This document shows positions 45,940-57,998 of a stretch of 64,000 bases of DNA, piece by piece. Origin of the DNA: Marsupella aquatica (lineage: Eukaryota > Plantae > Marchantiophyta); assembly GCA_973895155.1 (NCBI GenBank), contig OZ316897.1:12175832-12239831 (forward strand), in the 5' to 3' direction. The notes beneath the pieces were generated by a model. The model did no database searches. It was not told the DNA's origin and saw only the letters and a program-made list of their open reading frames with translations. Numbering within the stretch: the first letter of the stretch is position 1; every line of letters starts with the position of its first letter. Made by a program: the position numbers and the translations under genes.

Positions 45940-48490
45940 GTCTCGCCACAACTTGCCAAGTTACTGTAGGGCCTAGCAAGTCAGGATTGGTGACAGAAAT
46001 GGTCATATGGGTAAGGAGGAGTATTGGACCCGGTGGAATCTAGAGGGGCGGCAAAATAATAACTCACATCGTACTTACTTTTAAAGAGCGAAGAGAAGCT
46101 AGTGTTGGGGACTAGGGTTTAGGGTGAGACGTGAGGATTTCAACTGGACTTATCCTATCGTCTGGCATGTACCTCTTTCAACACGTTAATAAAAAGCGCG
46201 GGACCCCACAATTAAAACGCTGGAATGGTGGGCTCCTGTGACAACTTGCCAAGTTACTGGAGGGCCTCGAAAGTCACTCTAATGACCGAAAAGGTCATGG
46301 GTTCTTAGGATGATTGGGCCCGGTGGAATCTAAAGGAGATGGGTGACGAAGAGCCCTACGTTAGGGTGGCAGCATGATTCTACCTAGTCTTCAGGGGGCA
46401 AAGTACTACCAATCGAGGGATTTGCTTAATCAGCTTTTTATCAACCTGTCTCCCTAAATCTCTAAGGTGTCCCCCACAACAAATTTACTTGCTTCCCTGC
46501 GCTCCATACCTTATACGGGTTAATACATTGTACCCCAACTTCGGGTTCCCAATGCCAGGTATCAAGGCTGATTGGCCCAGACTAACCCGCCCGAGTTCAG
46601 CTTCCCCCTCCTTGTGGCGGCCCGTTTTGGAAGCTGGCTTCGCTTCGCTTCAGACCCAGGAGGAAGCGCAGCCCGAGTACGCAGCCTAGAAACTTGCCTT
46701 GGGGAGACCTGAATTTCCCCCAGATTGTATTTCCCAGAGAACTACTGTATATATAGGCAATAGATTTCTGGATATTGCTGACAAATTTCAGGACCCCGGT
46801 TCAATTGGGATGCTTTCATGTCGTGTGACAGTCTCGAACTGTCCAGTCTAGTACAGCGAGGACGGGCCCAAACAATCAAAAGCTACTGTAAGTCGGCACG
46901 ACTTGCCAAGTTACTGTAAGGCGTCGAAAGTCACGACTGGTGACCGAATAAGGTCACGGGTAGGTAAGAGGGATCACTGGGCCCTGTGGAATCTAAAGGG
47001 GATGGCAGCAGGGTTGCAGCATCACTCTACCTAGTCTTCAGAGTGGAAAAATATGGCACTCGTGGCAGCAAATCGTCAAAAAAATTCTCTTTTCAGTTGC
47101 GTTTGACAAACCTGGTACTCAATTGGAAGCTTCAACGTAAGTATCAGCTTCAAGAAGATTGGTCTTGCCTACTAGATTGTGATAGATTGTGAAGACTCTG
47201 CAAGGATTGGATTGATTGAGGTATGTACTTGATGGGACCCCACTGTGAAAAGTTTTACTTGGTAGGACCCCTGAGTGATCCGGACAGTTGATTGACCTTG
47301 AATCAACACACTTAAACCTTCGTGAATCCTATCAAGTAAAACTTTTCATTTTGGGGTTCTATCAAGCAAATACCTCGATTGGATTGAATAGAATGATGAT
47401 ATCTTGTTCTTTATTTTACATGCCAGCGACGAACCCCAAAAACGATTTCGTTTGGAAGTCCCGCCTCCGTGGGTCCAGGACATCGAGTACAGTAGTGGAA
47501 TCAAAGTTTTCTTGCACTAACTCCTGTAGGCAACAGGGAAATCCTCTGTATAGCCCCTTATCTGACTAGTCAAGATATCTGCCAGGAAAGACTCTACGAG
47601 AATTTTAGATTGAGCCTTTGCTTCCAACTTTCCTGGGAAATATGAGTAAATCACACTTCCGTACTCTGTCATCTCGCGTCCACAAATCCTACATGTTTTT
47701 TACCTCGGCCAATAGATTGTGAAGAGTTTGTAAGGAATATGATTTCATATATGGTTTTCTTTTTTCCTTCCATTCATGCAGTAAGATGATGATGTAGCTT
47801 TGGCAGTCGTGCCCCAGTGGGTCAAGGACATGGGATGGAAGCAAAATACAGGTTCCTTTGAATTGCTCAAAGGCGACGGAAACACCCCCTTCTTCCTTTT
47901 TCGTTGTTGAGCGGAAAGTTGAAAGAGAAACCATGTGTACTGCACGGGAGGAGGAGACTCAACGTTGGGGTTTGTGGTGGGGACGGGAGGAAGATTCTCA
48001 AGGAGAGTCCAAATCTTCGAAGTCAAGCAAAAGGCAACAAGCTTGGGGAGACCTTTGTTTGCCCCATATTTTATTTCCCAGCGAACTTTAACTTCGTAAT
48101 TTTAATGGAGTTGGAGACGGGAGTAAAGACAGAAAGAACAGAGCGATAGTGGTCCGTTGGGGATTCACTTTCGTTGAAACAACTGGAACATTAGAGCGAA
48201 ATTGAATCTGCGCCGTTCAAACGAAATTTCTGTTATCAGCACTGAACAGTCTCCTCCATTGGCTCCATCTCTTGCCATTCGCGCCTGAAGCACCTGAAAG
48301 AGTAGACCGAGGTAGTGTTGGTTACCGCTTGTGTTGCTTCACGAAATGAAGCAATCGTAAAGCACTCTGGAATTTCATAAGCCATACAATTACTCAGATG
48401 AGAAAAAACATTGGCGGCTCCACACTCGACCTGACAGAGGCATCGTCTTTGTGCTCAATGTGTCGTCAATTCCATGAAGCGACTAAACAT
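45940..48490. repeat. Rearranged, gene-less partial copy of the spacer modules found downstream of the TRN1-like genes
   Basis: Blocks homologous to 16050-16810, 15600-16100 and 19100-19320 appear in permuted order. Confidence 0.7.
47218..47376. mobile_element. 159-bp MITE with ~50-bp imperfect TIRs, GAG...CTC termini and 4-bp TSD GATT (Sola-type signature)
   Basis: GAGGTATGTACTTGATGGGACCCC..TGAAAAGTTTTACTTG versus the reverse complement of the right end. GATT at 47214-47217 and 47377-47380. Absent from paralogous sites (~36565, ~56745). Confidence 0.8.
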
Positions 48491-50381
48491 ATATATATAT
48501 GACCGAGTCCCTTTTGACCAAACGGGTGCGTACTTGTTGCTCGCCAAATCTTTATCCAAATCCACTCCAGGTGGACGTCAAAGACAGACCAATTCAAACA
48601 CGAAGAATAACCGGGGTGAGACGCCCACGGTCCATCCGGAATAATTGTCAAAGGTGGCGGTATTGTGCAGTAATTCACATGTGTCAATATTGAGCAACCT
48701 TGAGCGAGTTCCTTGAATTTGGATTGCTTGAGAATGGGTGCCTCTCCTCTTGCTCGAAACTGCACGACCACTACAGTACAGTCCAGTCAACCATCTCAAA
48801 ATGGCGAGAGCGTCCAAACCTTCAACTCCAAACCCCGTTAAGAAACGGAAAGCGTTCGAACTATTTACAGTCTGATCATCACCTCGATAAAATCAAATGA
48901 ATATTAGAATCTCAAAGAAGAAGCACACGGTTAACTTGGAGAACCCACCAATAGTCTGATCGAACCGTTCGGAATCTACACATTCAGTGTCGCAAATTGA
49001 AGCTTGGTCAGGACGGGCAGCCAATTAGTACCTTTGGAGCCCGTGGGGGTCGTCTGTTGTTGCGACAGAGAGAGACAAACGAGGAACCAAAACAAGCCCA
49101 GCAAGCAAGCACTACATATGCTTTGCTATGCTTCAATTCTCAGCTTCAACAAAACTACAATTGCATAGGACATTCATAGGATCCATACACCCATCCATCC
49201 CACAGCCCCGCCAGCCCAACCCAAAGTTAAACCAAACAGCAGTTTTGGTCCAGGAAATTCGCCAAACACAAGTCCAAGTGGACCACCACCTTAGACTCGA
49301 TGAAAATATTACCCGGTGAGCTATGGACGTCTCGCATCAACGAGTTCTCATGTGGTGCTCGAAAACCCTAAATTTAAAAAAGAAATTTAAAAAAATTAGA
49401 ACACAAACAACGACCTGTTTCGAGAAGTAGTGAAACAGGGCTATAAAAATATATCGAAGTCTTCCACCCCCGGTCTAAACTTCAGCACAGACGCAAGTCG
49501 TACAAAAGTTGTCATGCGATGACTCGCAACCTGTGTAGGTGAATACAGGAACATCTAGCATTCGGAATTGCCGGGATACTAAGGACGGGACTACTAGACA
49601 CGAAAGCAAATACCTGAAAGACACTGCACAAGGAATCAGCGGGCTAAATAACATCGCAAGTCGCATAAAAGTATATGTCAATGGCAGTGCAAAGAAAAAA
49701 CCAAGCCTCCGGAACTAAACCAGCTCTTCCACATTAGATCAATCAATAAAACTCGAATAAAAAGTCCGAAGACCCTAAACCTCAAACAAAACAGTCAATT
49801 CTTCTAGCGCGCTCGACGCAAACCCTGCGTGCGAGGCACAAGATCATTAAGGGATGCCTACATTTCAAGCTAGTCAAGTACTTGAATCACTCTCATTGTC
49901 AGTCGGGAAAGAACTTAATTGGAGCCTGGCGCTCACAGACACTGGCTTCCAACCGTTTGACAACCTATCCAGACAGAACCGCCCGAGCGCCTTCATAACA
50001 TGTTCCGGCATCAAACTTTTCCTCATCGCACAAGCCTCTCCACCCCCTCGGAGCATAGAAACTGGAGAATCAATCAGACTACGCTACAACGAGGGAGTGG
50101 AGCAGTGGCGGAGATCGGAGGTCGGCAGGACTCGTCCCTCGCCTGTGGTAAGACGAGGAAATCCCTAACCTAGCTGGATATTTGGAATCTCTAATCCTCA
50201 GGCCGTAGAGCGAAGCACAATGGCAAACGGCAGGCATTTCAGATTGAAAACCACGCAAGTCATCGAGAGTCATCCTGCCTGGAGCTCTCTCGGACATCAG
50301 CGCTTTTGGGGGAATGTTCTTTCCTCACGACCTGCCTTTCTTGTCCGCCATAGCTTCGCTCTCGAAGCATTCTGTAAACCC

Positions 50382-50384
<3 letters not shown>

Positions 50385-50432
<48 letters not shown>
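50385..50432. repeat. (CT)n microsatellite
   Basis: Direct read of the sequence. Confidence 0.95.
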
Positions 50433-50437
<5 letters not shown>

Positions 50438-51100
50438 CTCCCACATGTATGAACATATATATATATATAGTTCCCGCGACATGGGTATACCAATCAAGAG
50501 GTTTCATTGTGATCATCTTACCCCCATAAGACAGATCGACTTCTGGTCAAATACTCTATCTTTGAGGGCCCTCCCACACGGCGTATCGACACGGGCCAAT
50601 TTCGATCTTTGAGGGCACTCCAAAACGAGGGTTCCATTCTCGCAATGAGCCTACCGTCACGCTCCCAACACAGGAGGTAACAGGATCCAGGTGATTGCAT
50701 CGTTGTCGCTGCTAACCTTGCAACAATGGGGCAAAACAACCTGCAAGATTCCTTCCGAGCGCTAAGGAATAAATTAAGATATATTTACAGAGTTATTCAT
50801 CTCTCGTACAATATCGACTGCTGCCTCTTTTACCAAATCAAGACTTTACTATCTAATGCACTCGACGGGATGGTAAGGTCGCCAATGATACTCCAAGCTG
50901 GACTACCTCTTTTCAACGCTATGATCGAGAATCTCTTCGTCGTGATGGCATTTTCGTAGGAGTCTGAAATTGCTGAAATTAAATTGATGACGGAGCTTGA
51001 AGCTCATATGTTTAAAATTTGAGTCCGGAAGAAAGAACCAAAAACAGTTAGTACTGTTTGCACAAAATTGATTCCCCCTTGGATCTAGGGTAGAATAAAA

Positions 51101-51700
51101 CTAACACACATGAACACATTTCCGAAGATAAAACTCAGATTTGGAAGGTCTTACCACATCCTGACTCCCTTTGCAAGCACCTCGCTTTGGTGAGGGGCAG
51201 CAAGGCAATATGAAAGCGGAAAGCGGAAAACCACTTTGAACATATTGAAAGGGTCGGTGTACATTAAACGCCACTAAGATTTGACTTCCTCCGTCGGGTT
51301 TACTGGCAAATTTTGACATTTCGATAAACAAAAGTTCAAGACGAGAGGTACCTTCGCGAAAGAAATTGTCCTTCGTTTCTCCACAAATATCTTTGAACTC
51401 AGATATAGGATGACTAATCCACTTTCTCCTTCCTGTCAAGTCAGAATCCCAATAAGCATCCTTGCAATCATCTCTCCACACCTGTAGACCCTGAATGATG
51501 TCTGGATGTATTTCCAATTAGTAAACCCTAATGACCATTCAAAAGCCAATCGGACCAAAACTTCACATACGTTCACCCGACCTAGGGTCAATTTTACTGG
51601 AATTGACTTCTCCCCGTTGAGCTCTACTTCTTCTTCGGTCAATACTCGCAATGCCTGTGTGTCTGAAGGCAGTACCTTCGGATGTCCATACTCAAAATAT
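51101..51700 (-). pseudogene. Possible frameshifted coding remnant, unidentified
   Basis: Two overlapping minus-strand ORFs (51436-51651, 51101-51517) with protein-like composition that could be joined by one frameshift near 51510. No family recognised. Confidence 0.25.
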
Positions 51701-52432
51701 TAGCAGGCTTTCCTGCTCGAATGTACTTGCAGAATCTTTAATATGGCAATAATTCGCTATTCTGAGTCAACCCAATGTCGAACCACCGGTTGCATTATTT
51801 CACGAAAACCTTTTCCACGACTATCTCTGTTACAGGCCTGGCCGCCGAGATATCCCTTTTGAGCTGCTACTGTGTCGTCATTGAGGTCAAATTAATCTAA
51901 ATAATCTAGTTCCGTGGCATAGTGAGTGGCTTATAACTTAAACCCTGACGAGACAGGGGAACAAGTACATACTAGAATATTATCTAGCGTCAACTTCCTT
52001 CACGGTGATTCAATCGAGGTCCACAAAAAATTGGAGTATACCCATTGCGTCAATGCCAAAGTAATAGACACTATATCCTATTTAAGACGAATCCTGAAGA
52101 TGAACGCTTGATATGCTGAAATGCAGTAAATAATGTGCACAACTCTCACCATCGAGGGCGCACTGCGCGACGTCCGAATGCCTCCAGGGTTTGAAAAAGG
52201 AGCTAAGTGATCCAGAATGCCCTAGCCGGGAACGCACGCAGGGTCTAGAACTAGTTTCCAAGGCCGCCCAAGGCAAGGTAAGGAAGACGCTTCCTACGAC
52301 CATCAACATATTGTGGCTGTAGATACGGGAGCCTTTGTGGTGTGGATACAATTTGGTGTGGGTACAATTTTGTATCAGCTTTTCAGTAGATATGCAGTTG
52401 CGGGGTCTTACCAAATCGCAAAGCGCAAGCAC

Positions 52433-52894
52433 TCAAAAGCAACAATCGCAGTCGAAGGGGCAGAGCGGTGTGCCACCAGCTTCCTTCTTGTTCCATTTCA
52501 GTTCATCCTCCCCATAAACTGTCAATCCGTCCGCAGTCTTCTTCCGAGGTTTGCTCAAACCAGGCTCTGCTGCTGACGATGATGATTTCCGATCTTTACC
52601 GTCTCCCTTCGATTGCTTCCCAGCCTTCACCTTCCCACCTTCGTCGACAATAGAAGATGTCGTTTTCTTCACTTTTTTCTTCTTTCGCGTAGAACTTCGA
52701 GACCCCCTGCCGTCATCTTCAGCAAGTATCTCCTGATTTTCCGTCACAAGATTCCTCTTTTTCTTCCCAAAGATTGCGTCAATCTCGTTCTCCTTGGACG
52801 CCTTTTCTGAAGCACGTTGGGGCTTTGCTACTTCTGCAGAATCAAGACCTTCATTCTTCTTCTTCTCAGAGGGTACTTTCTTTGTCAAGCCCAT
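52433..52894 (-). CDS. DUF1764-family protein (Lys-rich, 153 aa)
   Basis: EIDAIFG and a C-terminal RKKTADGLTVYGEDEL..GGTPLCPFDCDCCF, the conserved DUF1764 signature. Confidence 0.88.
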   Translation of the reverse strand: MGLTKKVPSEKKKNEGLDSAEVAKPQRASEKASKENEIDAIFGKKKRNLVTENQEILAEDDGRGSRSSTRKKKKVKKTTSSIVDEGGKVKAGKQSKGDGKDRKSSSSAAEPGLSKPRKKTADGLTVYGEDELKWNKKEAGGTPLCPFDCDCCF

Positions 52895-54489
52895 GCTTGG
52901 AGATGAGTCTCAACGCCGAAAACGAGCCCGTAAATTGCAACAATCAACGACGGTCGATTTCGATTTGCAGCACCTACGCATATGGGTCAATGCAGCCACA
53001 CGAAGCCCCACTTCAGAATTTCCCGAGTACATTTGCCATGCGCACATTCACGCAATAAACCCTAAACCTCCACCTCTACCGAAATTACACAGGGGAGGAG
53101 GAGCAGAGTGGACGGGGCCAAATGATTCCCTGTCAAAACATCGTCGAGCACTGCCTCGCCATAGCTTAGCTGGCCGTCTGCCCACTGTATATATGGGTCT
53201 AGGCTCAAAACTGGACACCTGGATAAGTGCACCATACACAAGTGCAACAGTACGAGTAGAGTTTCTTCCCTAAAATTTCTTGTGTAAATTGCAGCTTTAT
53301 TGCACTTTTTGACAAATGAGGTTTAATTACACTCCCACTATAATCTTCTCGTTTACGACACCGTCGTTGCTTTTCGGTAATTCATTGTTTTTATTGTGTT
53401 TCGGGAATGTCATGCTTTATATAGACAGTTACCACCACAATATTTAGCCAAGCAGCTTGATCTGGCCCGGGGGTGAACATTTTGCTTGGTTTTTCAGAAT
53501 AGTTTTTTCCTACTTTAATTTTTCTAAATTGCTAGAAGAAAATGGATTTTTCCCTCTGTTTCCCACTCTTGAGATCATAGTAACACTACTTTATGTGTGC
53601 ATAAATAGTGTTAGCACAAAACTAGTTTGACTAACACTAACTCACAAGTAGACCCAGAAAATAAACACTCTCAAATTAGTGTTAGTGACACTAATTACTG
53701 TGAACACTGTAGGTGCTTTTCATACACCAAAATGTGACTGTTTGCACAAAGAAGAGAAAATATCTGTGATGTACATTGAAAATGGTCCATGACCTAGTGG
53801 TTTATGTGAGTTGTTTGTCAAAATTATGGTCCCTCCCAACTTGATTTCTTTTTTGTTTATCTATACTTGACTTTTGAAAGTCTATTTTGGAAAGAAATCT
53901 AGGATTGTACATATATATAGTAGTACATATATACGCATTTACAAGGGGCCGGGAGGGGGTACTGGGTGTGTGTATACACACAAATGACCCCCTTAAAAGT
54001 CAAAAAATTTCTTAAAAGAAATTGGCCGCGTTACACACCTTTGCCGTTGCAGTTTTTCTCCAGAAAAAGACTACCATCAACAGGAAAATGTTGTCAAATT
54101 TCACCGGTGCTGTTAGCTGGTACAACAACACTAAAAAAAACCTCCGCTGCTTCTCGCTCTCTCCATGTCAAGTGTTAATCCCGGACTCAAAATAATCGTT
54201 TCAAAACTCCAATCCCTCCAAAAAAAATCAAATACGAATTTTGTCAAGTTTCTTTAAGAAATCCAGAGCGACAAAAACTTAAATCTCTTTGCACTGGAAA
54301 CTTCGTTTAGGGATTTCTACGCATTGTTAGAAAGCCCTTGCCCTGATCTATTCAATCATGAGCCCATAAAATCCGATCGAGTTCCACGCAATGAAACTTT
54401 GGGAAAACCACCGACACTAATTGTTGGAAAAACAGTCACAAAAACACATCACAAAAAATGTCACCTCCGAGACATGCTCTGATACAAAT

Positions 54490-54836
54490 TGTTGAGCATA
54501 GACGACATTCATAATGGTAAGCCCGTGACACATCCAATGCGCAAGTAGTCAACGCAAGAGATACATGTTTCACCTCCTAGCTTGAGGTTACATATACCGG
54601 AACACACAATAGAGCTTTACTGAACTCTAAGTCTGTCGGTCATACCAAGTCTCCACAATGTAAGCTCTCTTCCTCTCTCAAGTGGTTCTGTAACAATGAG
54701 CCTTAGTTCCACTTATACTAGGAAGCATCACTTAGGATATAGTGTGCAGCTTAGCTAACCTAACCATGTTTCGATTACAATTAGCCTAACTACGGTTACA
54801 TGTTGTAACCCTAGACGTAAGAGTAAATATCTAACA
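54490..54836 (-). mobile_element. LTR (347 bp) of the same family as 32555-32899, with a tRNA-Met PBS-like site on one side and a PPT on the other
   Basis: TGTTGAG..CTAACA termini. GCTCTGATACA (reverse complement of a TGGTATCAGAGC-like PBS) at 54476-54486. CCCCCCCT (reverse complement of a PPT) at 54841-54848. Confidence 0.75.
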
Positions 54837-57788
54837 CAATCCCCCCCTCACATGCAAGGGTTGTGGAAGGTGTGTGTATGTGTGTGTGGATGGGTAAAGT
54901 GGTGGGAGTCTTGGTTTTTCCTCAGCCCCTAGCTAGCCTGCTTTGGGGCTCTGGTTCAACCCTCTCTGACTTCCTCCTAGTTTGCGTCCATCTCAGATCC
55001 AGGGGTATGACCCCCTTGTGGTTACCCTACAGAGGTGCATGCTCCAGAGTTGGTTGTCTATCCTTGTTGGATGGGTCAACTTTTGGTTTCAAGGTCAAAA
55101 AAAGAAGTATGCTAGAGCTTGTTTGAAAGGAATAGTACATTAAAAATATAATAACATTGAAATTAAAGGGCCATGCAAGAAATGGTTGCCATGAAATTGA
55201 CCAAAAACATGAAAGAAGTTGAAAGCAAATCTTGTGATCTTTCTTACATTTACGGTGTTTTGCATAATCTTCTCTTCAAAAGAAAGAAGGGAGGTTTGGA
55301 ATATTAATGCACTCAAAAATACAAAGAGAAAGAAGGGAGGCTGTATGGAAAATTAATGCACTCACAATACAAAGACAAAATTCACAAAAGTCTTTCCGTT
55401 TTCGTAGATGATGTCTATCAAAAGGCACAATATGCACTGCATGTCGTGGGGTCGGATCTAGGTGCACGCAACTTCTCTTCACGACAAACCTAATTATACT
55501 CTGGATCGACGTTAGTGGAACTTGACTATGTCTAGTTTATGTATTCTGTCTCCAATAAACTAATTGGACCCCAAACACTGCAGGTCAGGAAATCTACGAG
55601 AAAGAGACTCTACGAGAATTTACATTGAGTCTAACTAACTGGACCCCAAAAGACATGTGAAGAAATTTACCAGAAAGACCAGATTTTGGATTGAGTCTTG
55701 GCTGCCAACTTTCGTGCGAAGTTATGAAGAGATCACAGTTACTTACTCTGCATCATCTTCGCATCCACAAATGCTACAGTACGTTTTTCCACTTTGGCCA
55801 ATAGATTCTGATCAGGGCAAGAAACATGATTTCATCTTATGTTTTCTTTGACTTTCCATCCATGCTGTAAGATGATGATGCAGATTCCATAGTCGTGTCC
55901 GAGTGGGTCCAGGACTTGCAGGGATGGAATCAAAATACAGGTTCCTTTCACAATTGCTCGGGTGAAGGAGACAGCCTCTTCAATCTTCCTATTTCTTTGT
56001 GAAGGGGAAAGTCGAAAGAGAAAGCACGTGTACTGGAGTGCATGGGAGGAGGAGAATCAGCGTTGGGGTTTGGTGGTGGGGACGGTAGTAAACTTCTCAG
56101 TGTGAGTTCAAAATTTTGAAATCCAGCAAAGGGCACGAAGCTTGCCTTGGGGAGACCTTAGTTTCCCCCAAGTTTTATTTCCCAGCGAACTACTGTAAAT
56201 ACAGGCAATAGATTTCTGGATGTTTCTGACAGATTTCAGGACCCGGTCGGTTCCATTGGAGATACTCAACAGACTGAACTCATGAGCCGTGGAGCCACAA
56301 GAGTTCAGCGGCAGCCAATATTACAAATATCAACCGACTCTCATGTTGTGTGACAGGTCTCGAACTGTCCACTCTGGTACAACAAACGTTGATTTCCTTT
56401 CTTTTGAAGCAAAAAGGAGGACGGATGCAAACAATCAAAAGCTACTGTACATGGTGGGCTCTCGGCACGACTTGCCAAATTACTGTAGGGCGTCGAAAGT
56501 CACCACTGGTGACCGAACAAGGTCACGGGTACGTAAGAGGGATCACTGGGCCGGGTGCAATCTAAAGGGGATGGGAGCAGGGTTGCAGCATCACTCTACC
56601 TAGTCTTCAGGGCGGAAAAATATGGCTCCCATGGCAACAAATCGTCACTAAAAGATTTTTTCTTTTCAGTTGCATTTGACAAACTTAAGTACTCAATTGG
56701 AAGACTGGTCTTGGCCAATAGATTGTGAAGACTCTGCAAGGATTGGATTGGATAGAATGATGATATCTTGTTCTTTATTTTACATGCCAGTGACCAACCC
56801 CAAAAAAGATTTCCGTTTGGAAGTCCCGCCTCCGTGGGTCCAGTACAGTAGTGGAATCAGAAACCGTTTTCATGCACTAATTCCTGTAGGCAACAGGGAA
56901 ATCCACTGTATAGCCCCTTATCCGATGAAATGAGAAACTACAGTTAGTAGTCATTGCCTTGGAAATCACGAGATAATTCTTGGGGCCTCAACTTTTTTGA
57001 ACTGGGTTTGAGCATATAGCTTAAGTCCCCTCATGTCCAAATTTGTGATTCTTGAGAACAAATATACATGGAAAAGCAAGAACACACACTCTGCGCAAGA
57101 ACATCCTGAAGGCAGACAATTGTTCCTGTATTCCACAAATGTGCATTCCGATTTTCCCCGAAGGGTACATAAGGGCCACTGACTGTCCTGTCCTGCAGAG
57201 AGCAAGGTCAAGGGGAATTCACACAAACCAAGGCGTGTTTCGCTTGGTTCACATTGCAGCAAGTGCCACGATGCCATTGGACAGAGATCAGAGATTGATT
57301 ACAGTGTGAGCATAAAACAGGAGCTCATCACAATGTAAACAAAGACAACAGCCCTAGATCAGGGCAGAGATCGAACAGTCGAGGCCAGAGCAAAAGGACA
57401 GGTCGAGCAAGAAGAGACAGAACATTTTCTGACACAAAATTCAATCGGAACTCTCCATCGAATTAATAGCCTTAATCTCTGTCAACACCTTAATAAGTTC
57501 CTTAATGCTGGATATCTACTTATAAGACATGAAGAGAGGCTAGAGTTGGGGTCTGAAACCTCTAGACAGTAACCCTAGATAAAGACACGACAATATTAAG
57601 TGAAGACCAACAACAAGGATGGGGCAAAGATATGGGGGCATTGAATACCCATTCTCTATTAACATTCAACGAATGGGTATTCAGGCTTGTAACTTCAATT
57701 TGCCCTTCAAGCCAACCTTGTGCAGTAGAACTCGATGGTGAAGCCGGAAGTTTTTCTTAAATTGAATTTGTTGTCAAGTTCATTACTA

Positions 57789-57998
57789 GGGCGTCTCAAA
57801 TCTCTCCTTTCTGCCTCCAGTTGTGGTCAAAGACAAAGTGGAGGACACAAAAATGAGTGTTCTCCTTTCTGCCTCCAGTTGTGGTCAAAGACAAAGTGGA
57901 GCACACAAAAATGAGTGTTTGCTCATTCCTGACCGGTGACCAAAACTGGTAATTTTGGGCCAAGTTCTTTTCTGCAATCTTCCAGGTTTGAGACGCCC
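57789..57998. mobile_element. ~210-bp MITE with TIR GGGCGTCTCAAA, probable TA TSD and an internal ~58-bp tandem duplication
   Basis: TA|GGGCGTCTCAAA ... TTTGAGACGCCC|TA. Absent at the paralogous positions (~17270, ~37190). Confidence 0.8.
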
